NCBI RefSeq assembly: GCF_001194135.2
Contig: NC_069004.1
Span: forward strand, 4,576,463-4,608,863
DNA from: Octopus bimaculoides
Lineage: Eukaryota
Reading direction: 5' to 3'
DNA: 32,401 nt
Shown here: positions 25,331 to 32,401 of the stretch, piece by piece
Layout: every line of letters begins with the position of its first letter
Numbering within the stretch: the first letter of the stretch is position 1
Translations under genes and position numbers: made by a program
The notes under the pieces: generated by a model
Seen by the model: only the letters and a program-made list of their open reading frames with translations
What the model was told of the DNA's origin: nothing
Database searches by the model: none

Positions 25331-25808
25331 CAGCGTGCGGTGTATAAATTGTCGTGTAAACTACGGAAAAAGGAAAATGACACAGGCATCTCATTTTAAC
25401 AGATATATTTACCAAAATTACATAAGAATATTTTAAAATACTAAAGAGTAAATTTATTCAATATAATTGCCATTGGCTTCAATCACGGATCCAGACGACT
25501 TCGGAATCTCCTGAAACTCTTCTGGATGATCCCCTTGTTTAAGTTGGTGAATGCTGCCATAATCCTTGCCTTCAGTTCATCTTTGGAATTACAAGGAGTT
25601 TTCATGGCCTCTTTCTCAACCGCGCCCCACACATAATAATCAAGGGGGTTGCAGTATGGGGAGTTAGGTGGCCAGATGTTAGAGTGATCTGGTTGCAGAT
25701 ATCGTCTGCCAGTCTTGATTGGGTTCTTCTGCTTGCGTGGCATGGTGCAAATTCCTGTTACCAGACATATGGTCTTCCAGCACCAACCCTCCTCACCCAG
25801 GGAAGCAC
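25331..25808 (-). mobile_element. Decayed right end of a Tc1/mariner-superfamily transposon, maT (DD37D) type, with terminal inverted repeat
   Basis: With two 1-nt frameshifts the minus strand reads VLPWVRRVGAGRPYVW*QEFAPCHASRRTQSRLADDICNQIT/NIWPPNSPYCNPLDYYVWGAVEKEAMKTPCNSKDELKARIMAAFTNLNKGIIQKSFRRFRSRLD/VIEANGNYIE* (stop at 25454-56). There are 37 residues between the second catalytic position (here E) and the D of NPLDY. The end TA|CAGCGTGCGGTGTATAAATTGTCG at 25329-25354 resembles a CAGGGTG-type TIR with a TA target site. Confidence 0.88.
25454..25808 (-). pseudogene. Transposase catalytic-domain/C-terminal remnant (one in-frame stop, two frameshifts)
   Basis: Carries the WPPNSPxCNPLDYYVW motif and a QxxAPCH-like motif. 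It overlaps supplied ORF 25483..25743(-). Confidence 0.85.
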
Positions 25809-26042
25809 CAGTTCCCCTCTGACAGCCAAGCCTGGGTTCTCATGCTTGTGTGCCATGGTGCAGCGTCTAAAGCATAAATGGGAGGTTCTTTTATATAAAA
25901 CAGAAACCTGATAATGCTTCTTTCTAGCATAATGTTAAGGTGGTCATGATAAAACTATTCAGCAATAATTAAATTCAGGTATCATCCGAGTAGGGGTACA
26001 CATATTCTGTCTAATCTCTTTCTCTCTCTCTCTTATATATAT

Positions 26043-26078
<36 letters not shown>

Positions 26079-26165
26079 AGGGAAAGGAGATTTGGGAGAG
26101 AAAATAGTAAAATGTATAACGAATATCTACGGCTAAGTATGTATCTATGTGCGAATGTACAGTGC

Positions 26166-26167
<2 letters not shown>

Positions 26168-26248
<81 letters not shown>
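26168..26248. repeat. (GT)n microsatellite, about 40 units
   Basis: Seen directly. Confidence 0.97.
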
Positions 26249-26249
<1 letters not shown>

Positions 26250-26739
26250 TCATATATGTTTCTCTGTTACGTATGACACGGCTAACGCCAGTTGCATATG
26301 TCGTTTCCAATGCAAACGTGTGCTTATTTTATTTTCTTTCCAAATTTTCTCTGTTCGTTCAGAATTCTTATAACAGAATTCTTATGGCAACTCATCTGTA
26401 TATCTGCTCCCAGATAATTGTATTCCTTTTTCGGTCTCCTTCTGCAATGCATCGAATTAATGCAGCCTAGGACCGAGGTAATGAAGCGCTAAGTGTAATT
26501 AACTTTCACAAACTGTACCAAACAAGATGGCACATAATTTAAAATCGATAATTTGATACATGGAAATATATGAAAATTTTGGAGTAAAGAATACATTGTC
26601 TTCGCTTTAAGAGAATGGAATCCATTTTGTCTCAGTTCTTCAGCTTTTTCTCTTTCAGTGTTTCTCTTCTTTCCCTCTTTGGTATTTCGTATTTCGTAAA
26701 TCCCATTTCTTATTTCACTTTTACTCTTTTGTATTTTGT

Positions 26740-26806
26740 CTTTCGTGTTCTGTATTTTGTAGTTAGTAACTTTAGTTGTAGGTGTGTGTGTGTGTATGTG
26801 TATGTA

Positions 26807-26840
<34 letters not shown>

Positions 26841-26978
26841 CATGAGATACTTCGTCTTTCGTCTTCGTTGCAGTTCCCGTGACTCCCCTACAATTTGCGT
26901 TGATTATNNNNNNNNNNTATGTATGTATGTATGTATGTATGTATGTATGTATATGTGCATGTATGTATCTATCTATCA

Positions 26979-27036
<58 letters not shown>

Positions 27037-27159
27037 GTGTCTGTCTGTCTGTCTATGTATGTATGTATGTATCTATCTGTCTGTCTATCTATCTACCTAT
27101 GCAGGAATCAATGAACGTAGATATGTATTTACGTATATGTATTTATGTATGTACGCATG

Positions 27160-27195
<36 letters not shown>

Positions 27196-27322
27196 TATAT
27201 ATANNNNNNNNNNNNNNNNNNNNNNNNNNNNNNNNNNNNNNNNNNNNNNNNNNNNCTTTCGTGTTCTGTATTTTGTAGTTAGTAACTTTAGTTGTAGGTG
27301 TGTGTGTGTGTATGTGTATGTA

Positions 27323-27356
<34 letters not shown>

Positions 27357-27423
27357 CATGAGATACTTCGTCTTTCGTCTTCGTTGCAGTTCCCGTGACT
27401 CCCCTACAATTTGCGTTGATTAT
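26740..27423. repeat. Exact 168-bp direct duplication (26740-26907 = 27256-27423), probably an assembly overlap
   Basis: The copies are identical including (TG)n length. Copy 1 ends at a 10-N gap and copy 2 starts at a 52-N gap. Confidence 0.85.
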
Positions 27424-27443
27424 TCCTTGTTACTTTTATATGC

Positions 27444-27476
<33 letters not shown>

Positions 27477-28014
27477 NNNNNNNNNNNNNNNNNNNNNNNN
27501 NNNNNNNNNNNNNNNNNNNNNNNNNNNNNNNNNNNNNNNNNNNNNNNNNNNNNNNNNNNNNNNNNNNNNNNNNNNNNNNNNNNNNNNNNNNNNNNNNNNN
27601 NNNNNNNNNNNNNNNNNNNNNNNNNNNNNNNNNNNNNNNNNNNNNNNNNNNNNNNNNNNNNNNNNNNNNNNNNNNNNNNNNNNNNNNNNNNNNNNNNNNN
27701 NNNNNNNNNNNNNNNNNNNNNNNNNNNNNNNNNNNNNNNNNNNNNNNNNNNNNNNNNNNNNNNNNNNNNNNNNNNNNNNNNNNNNNNNNNNNNNNNNNNN
27801 NNNNNNNNNNNNNNNNNNNNNNNNNNNNNNNNNNNNNNNNNNNNNNNNNNNNNNNNNNNNNNNNNNNNNNNNNNNNNNNNNNNNNNNNNNNNNNNNNNNN
27901 NNNNNNNNNNNNNNNNNNNNNNNNNNNNNNNNNNNNNNNNNNNNNNNNNNNNNNNNNNNNNNNNNNNNNNNNNNNNNNNNNNNNNNNNNNNNNNNNNNNN
28001 NNNNNNNNTATATG

Positions 28015-28046
<32 letters not shown>

Positions 28047-28047
<1 letters not shown>

Positions 28048-28176
28048 TCTTTTCCATTCTAGGCATAAGGCCCGACATTTTTGGGGAAGTGGGGCCAGTC
28101 GATTAGATCGATCCCAGTACGCAACTGGTACTTAATCTATCGACTCCGAAAGGATGAAAGGCAAAGCCGACCTCGG
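28047..28176 (-). mobile_element. SINE family B copy (5'-truncated, low divergence)
   Basis: The reverse complement reads CCGAGGTCGGCTTTGCCTTTCATCCTTTCGGAGTCGATAGATTAAGTACCAGTTGCGTACTGGGATCGATCTAATCGACTGGCCCC...GGCCTTATGCCTAGAATGG. It shares CTTTGC.TTTCATCCTTTCGG with 6757-6940. Confidence 0.85.
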
Positions 28177-29076
28177 TGTTCAAAGTATTCTTGACTTAGA
28201 CTTCTCATTGCTAACGATGCTCTTTTGATTGGACCTCTATTTAATATTTAGTAGTATTCTTCCTAGAAGAGGGTACGTGGTTTCTAATAAAGAATCAACA
28301 ATCTCATCCCTGAAATTTACATATGATCAATGATAACTTTTTCCATTTGGATTCAATGAAAGATTTGCATATTTTTAACTCTTCCATTTACAAAGAAGTG
28401 TATCTGTAAATTTCGTTTCTAACCAGTCTCGTTCTTTACTTGAAAATCATAACTTTCCTAGATTGCCACTTAAATCTCTACCAACATAACTGAATGCAGA
28501 ATTTATAAGTAAATGTAAATGAGTTTCAGATTTGGAGACAGTTGTCCCCCGATATTCCTCTTCACGCTGATTGTAAAAGAGACGTTCGCAAGTGTTGTGC
28601 AGTTTATTTTTCATGACAGCACATTACATTTCTTTTCTGTCCCAAATAGCTATCTCAGCCCCGTTATTATATTTGTATTTGGTAAAAGTAGTGATTGGAA
28701 TATTCCACCAATATTCCTTGCGTTTATCTGGGTGTGTACGTTTTATGGATACATGAATGGATGTACTTGTGTATGTATATCACATATATAGATATTCTAG
28801 TGCACACCCGCAGGGTTTTAGGATTGTTTATCACTGTATTTCTAAATCGTATTACAGCCAAAAACATCTCGAATATTTTTACATATGTTTAGATTACTTT
28901 GGATAGCTTATAGATACAATCTCTTGGTTAGGTGTGTTCTTTCGAGTTTTGCGGAAATGTGCTTCAGAAAAGTGGTACTGATTGATCTCTATATAATGTA
29001 TGTATGTATATGTATGCATGTATTTTTGTACATACTTGTTTATGTTTGTATGTATGTATATGTATATATATATATT

Positions 29077-29139
<63 letters not shown>

Positions 29140-29306
29140 TTCTCTGTGAGTGAGTGGTTAGGAAACCAACCAATTGAGGGATAGTACCTATCCAATATAC
29201 TGCTGGTAGTGTATGTATTCTTCAAATACTTTCTAATACTCCAGCCTTCATCAGGTGTCATGGGGGAAATTTCGAACCTGGGTTCTAATTCCTCAGGTAT
29301 TTGTCG

Positions 29307-29367
<61 letters not shown>

Positions 29368-29373
<6 letters not shown>

Positions 29374-29445
29374 TCTCTGCCTGGAATCGAACTCGGAATC
29401 TTGGGGTTAGTAGTCCGCGCTCTTAACCACTACGCCATATGCCCA
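29368..29445 (-). promoter_or_regulatory. tRNA-derived SINE head with Pol III internal promoter (not a functional tRNA)
   Basis: Minus strand reads GGCATATGGCGTAGTGGTTAAGAGCGCGGACTACTAACCCCAAGATTCCGAGTTCGATTCCAGGC. Box A TGGCGTAGTGG is at 29427-29437 and box B GTTCGATTCC at 29383-29392. I see no clean acceptor stem. Confidence 0.75.
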
Positions 29446-29493
29446 CGGACATATGGCGTAGGAATGAGAACCCAGGTTCGAAATTTCCCCTAA

Positions 29494-29539
29494 GACACCT
29501 GATGAAGGCTGGAGGGCATATCAGCCGAAACGTTGTGTT
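29494..29539 (+). ncRNA. Minimal type I hammerhead ribozyme motif (Penelope-like-element type)
   Basis: Sequence reads GACAC-CTGATGA-A-GGCTG(gagggcatat)CAGCC-GAAA-CG-TT-GTGTT. Stem I is GACAC(29494-98)/GTGTT(29535-39). The CUGAUGA box is at 29499-29505, stem II is GGCTG/CAGCC, and GAAA is at 29527-30. The palindrome AACGTT replaces helix III. Predicted cleavage is after U29534. There is one extra A between A9 and G10.1. Activity is not demonstrated. Confidence 0.7.
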
Positions 29540-29987
29540 AATAACAAACAAGACGAGGACAAATATTTGTCAAATGTAAATAATGTAAATAATGTAAACA
29601 TTGTACATAATTCCTCATCTCTTAAATTCTATATTTAAGAGATGAGGAATTGTTTAATTGCTATATTGCAACTTGAACACAGATCAAACATAGCGTTCCA
29701 GGCGAATCATTGCGAATTGTTTGAATAGCTTATGATTTGAGGGAGATTTAGCTATGCTTTCTTGCAAATGCACTGAACATCTCTTGGCCTGGTTATAATT
29801 TCACATATGCATTAATTGTTTGAAAGTAGTTCATGACATATTTAGCATCGTTCAACAAGATTAGTGATTAGCAAATCATATTGGTAAACTAATACAGAGG
29901 GAGAGAGAAAGACACAGAAAGGGAGACAGACAGACAGACAGACACGCAGGTAGACAGCGTTTGGATTTGTGTGTCTGTGTGTATCTC

Positions 29988-30032
<45 letters not shown>

Positions 30033-30164
30033 GTCAGTGCGTGTGCGTGTTTAGATAACAAGTAAATTTTATTCTTATAGAGACAGGACTATTTTAGATT
30101 CTCTGTGCGATAATGAGAATAAAGAATAAATAATAATCTTTGTTATTTTTAACGACGAAACGTA

Positions 30165-30169
30165 ATAAC

Positions 30170-30225
<56 letters not shown>

Positions 30226-30246
30226 TGATGATAAAAATAATGATGA

Positions 30247-30280
<34 letters not shown>

Positions 30281-30296
30281 GGTGGTGATAATAATA
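30165..30296. repeat. Compound (AAT)n(GAT)n(GGT)n microsatellite
   Basis: Seen directly. The stepwise unit changes suggest slippage after point mutation. Confidence 0.95.
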
Positions 30297-30818
30297 NNNN
30301 NNNNNNNNNNNNNNNNNNNNNNNNNNNNNNNNNNNNNNNNNNNNNNNNNNNNNNNNNNNNNNNNNNNNNNNNNNNNNNNNNNNNNNNNNNNNNNNNNNNN
30401 NNNNNNNNNNNNNNNNNNNNNNNNNNNNNNNNNNNNNNNNNNNNNNNNNNNNNNNNNNNNNNNNNNNNNNNNNNNNNNNNNNNNNNNNNNNNNNNNNNNN
30501 NNNNNNNNNNNNNNNNNNNNNNNNNNNNNNNNNNNNNNNNNNNNNNNNNNNNNNNNNNNNNNNNNNNNNNNNNNNNNNNNNNNNNNNNNNNNNNNNNNNN
30601 NNNNNNNNNNNNNNNNNNNNNNNNNNNNNNNNNNNNNNNNNNNNNNNNNNNNNNNNNNNNNNNNNNNNNNNNNNNNNNNNNNNNNNNNNNNNNNNNNNNN
30701 NNNNNNNNNNNNNNNNNNNNNNNNNNNNNNNNNNNNNNNNNNNNNNNNNNNNNNNNNNNNNNNNNNNNNNNNNNNNNNNNNNNNNNNNNNNNNNNNNNNN
30801 NNNNNNNNNNNNNNNNNN

Positions 30819-30851
<33 letters not shown>

Positions 30852-31149
30852 CAACCACATACATTCACACGCACACTCACACACACACACACACACTTAC
30901 ACACACATATGTTTGTTTGTTAACGCGTGTCTTTCTTCTCTTTGTACATTTGTTACGATTTTTCTCTGTTGAATTTCCGAACCATACTTATTTGCATATC
31001 CATTATATGGAAGAACAAACAAATATTCACTTGCGTCAGAGAATACATTGTTTAGTTTTGCTTAAGCTTTTACGCAATTAAATATTAATTAATAATACAA
31101 TGTAGTTTCGAACGTATGATAATGTTTTTGCATTAGAGAAGTTACCTAA

Positions 31150-31545
31150 TGGAACAGAGAAACGGAACGTAAGAAAGAGATGAGGAATAGAGAAGGAAAG
31201 ACAAAGGCGTCGTAGAGAGGGAGAGAATGTATGAGAGAACATACGTAGCGACGAAGGCAGAGAAAGTGAGAGAAAAGGGAGAGAAGCAGGGAAATTGAAA
31301 GGAGAGTTAGCTAATTAGAGAGACGGTATAGGATGTATGAATGTGTATATTGGTGGAGATAGGGAAAAAAGTGAGGGGAGAAAGAGGGAGAGACAAAGCC
31401 AAAGGGATGTATAGCCCTGACGAGGAATGGAGAAAGATTCGGCGGAGTTGGCTAATGGAACTAAAGAATGGGATATGAAAAACTGTGAATAGTAGAGAGA
31501 GAAGGGGAGAGAGGGAGAAGGGGTGTGTGATAGAAAGTGAGGAAT

Positions 31546-31576
<31 letters not shown>

Positions 31577-31969
31577 TAGAGGGTGACAGAGAAAGCAAGA
31601 GTGAGTGAGAGAGAGAGAGAGAGGGGGGGAGAGAAGAATAGTGAATAATAGAACAAGTAGCGAGATCGAATGAGATCGAAAGAGAAAGAGAGTGAATGTG
31701 ATAGAGGTGTATATATGGATGCATACACATACACACATACAAACATGCACGCCACACACAAACACACACACACACACATATATATATATTAGATAGACAG
31801 GCAGAGAGACATGCAGGCATGTATATGGATAGATAGATACATAGATAGATAGATAGATAGATAGATAGAGAAAGAGAGAGATACATCGATAGATAGGTTG
31901 ATAGATAGATAGATAGACAGACAGACAGGAGACAGGCAGACATACAGACAGGCTGACAGAAAGCCAAAC

Positions 31970-32001
<32 letters not shown>

Positions 32002-32150
32002 TTATAAATATGGGGACAGAGAGACACAGACAGATAGACAGAAGGAGAGAGGAAGTGAGAAAAGAGAGAATGAAGAGAATTGATTGACAAACAATATAAG
32101 AGAGCGCAACAACAACAGTTTGAAAGAAAAATAAAAGACAAAAGTCAAAA
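31150..32150 (+). repeat. Purine-rich tract with (GA)n, (CA)n and (GATA)n/(GACA)n blocks
   Basis: Seen directly. It lies immediately upstream of the candidate exon at 32168. Confidence 0.85.
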
Positions 32151-32167
32151 ACAAACAAGTTGGAAAG

Positions 32168-32212
32168 ATGGCGGCTAAAAATAAGAATAAAGTAGAAAAT
32201 CCAAACAAATTG
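32168..32212 (+). CDS. Candidate first coding exon MAAKNKNKVENPNKL of an unidentified gene continuing beyond the window
   Basis: AAGATGGCGGC start context (Kozak/YY1-like), an in-frame TAA upstream, and 15 codons followed by a consensus donor TG|GTGAGT at 32213 (phase 0). Product not recognised. Confidence 0.45.
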
Positions 32213-32401
32213 GTGAGTGCTTTTATTTAGCGATCTTTATTAATGTATGGCTTTTTAAAATCGCTATCACAAAGACTATAAATATGTTTATAACAATGGA
32301 TATTAAAATTAATTATCGAAATTGCGTTCTTCTTCAATAGAATTCAGCTTGTCTTTCACGAACATTACAACCGTATACATATATATATATATATATATAT
32401 A

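Larger units (their letters stand above)
29239..29651. mobile_element. Fold-back non-autonomous retroelement (tRNA-headed, hammerhead-bearing; two arms head-to-head)
   Basis: A 55-bp inverted repeat pairs 29239-29293 with 29460-29514 (52/55 identical). A central 12-bp palindrome spans 29430-29441/29450-29461. The left arm carries a tRNA-like head and an (ATT)n tract, the right arm carries the hammerhead, and a 19-bp hairpin lies at the far end. Confidence 0.75.

Noticed and set aside
26363-26477. Strong acceptor (TTCTCTGTTCGTTCAG) and donor (GAG|GTAATG) pair, with a 12-nt tandem CAGAATTCTTAT
   Set aside because: All frames from all three possible acceptors contain stops. It could only be a non-coding exon, and nothing supports that.
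29368-29445. Possible functional tRNA gene
   Set aside because: Boxes A and B are present, but there is no proper acceptor stem or cloverleaf and it is embedded in a repeat. Treated as a SINE head.
29573-29608. CRISPR-like or other regularly spaced repeat arrays
   Set aside because: No repeat-spacer arrays occur anywhere in the window. These 9-mers are contiguous tandem units in eukaryotic DNA.
31417-31445. CTGACGAG followed by a GAAT/ATTC stem (possible hammerhead)
   Set aside because: There is no GAAA box after stem II and no stem I or III.

Overview
An AT-rich, microsatellite-saturated eukaryotic draft-assembly window with 14 N-gaps, most of them flanked by simple repeats. It is not prokaryotic and has no operon, CRISPR array or recognisable complete gene. 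Nearly every ORF in the supplied track is a microsatellite or N-run artefact. The repeat landscape resembles Octopus (coleoid cephalopod) DNA; this rests on my recollection of octopus repeat consensus sequences, not on a search. Supportable content: (i) several copies of two SINE families that can be aligned to each other inside the window; (ii) the decayed right end of a maT/DD37D Tc1-mariner transposon at 25331-25808; (iii) small mariner-like and hAT-like MITE fragments; (iv) a few unverified candidate exons, the best being an ATG-plus-GTGAGT exon at 32168. The most striking object is at 29239-29651. It is a fold-back element with a tRNA-like Pol III head, an (AAT)n spacer and an intact-looking minimal type I hammerhead ribozyme core of the kind known from Penelope-like retroelements, with palindromes at both the head and tail junctions. 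Other structured candidates are a 25/28-bp stem at 5592-5704, a decayed hammerhead-shaped fold at 7225-7279 and a tail-to-tail SINE pair at 20292-20486.
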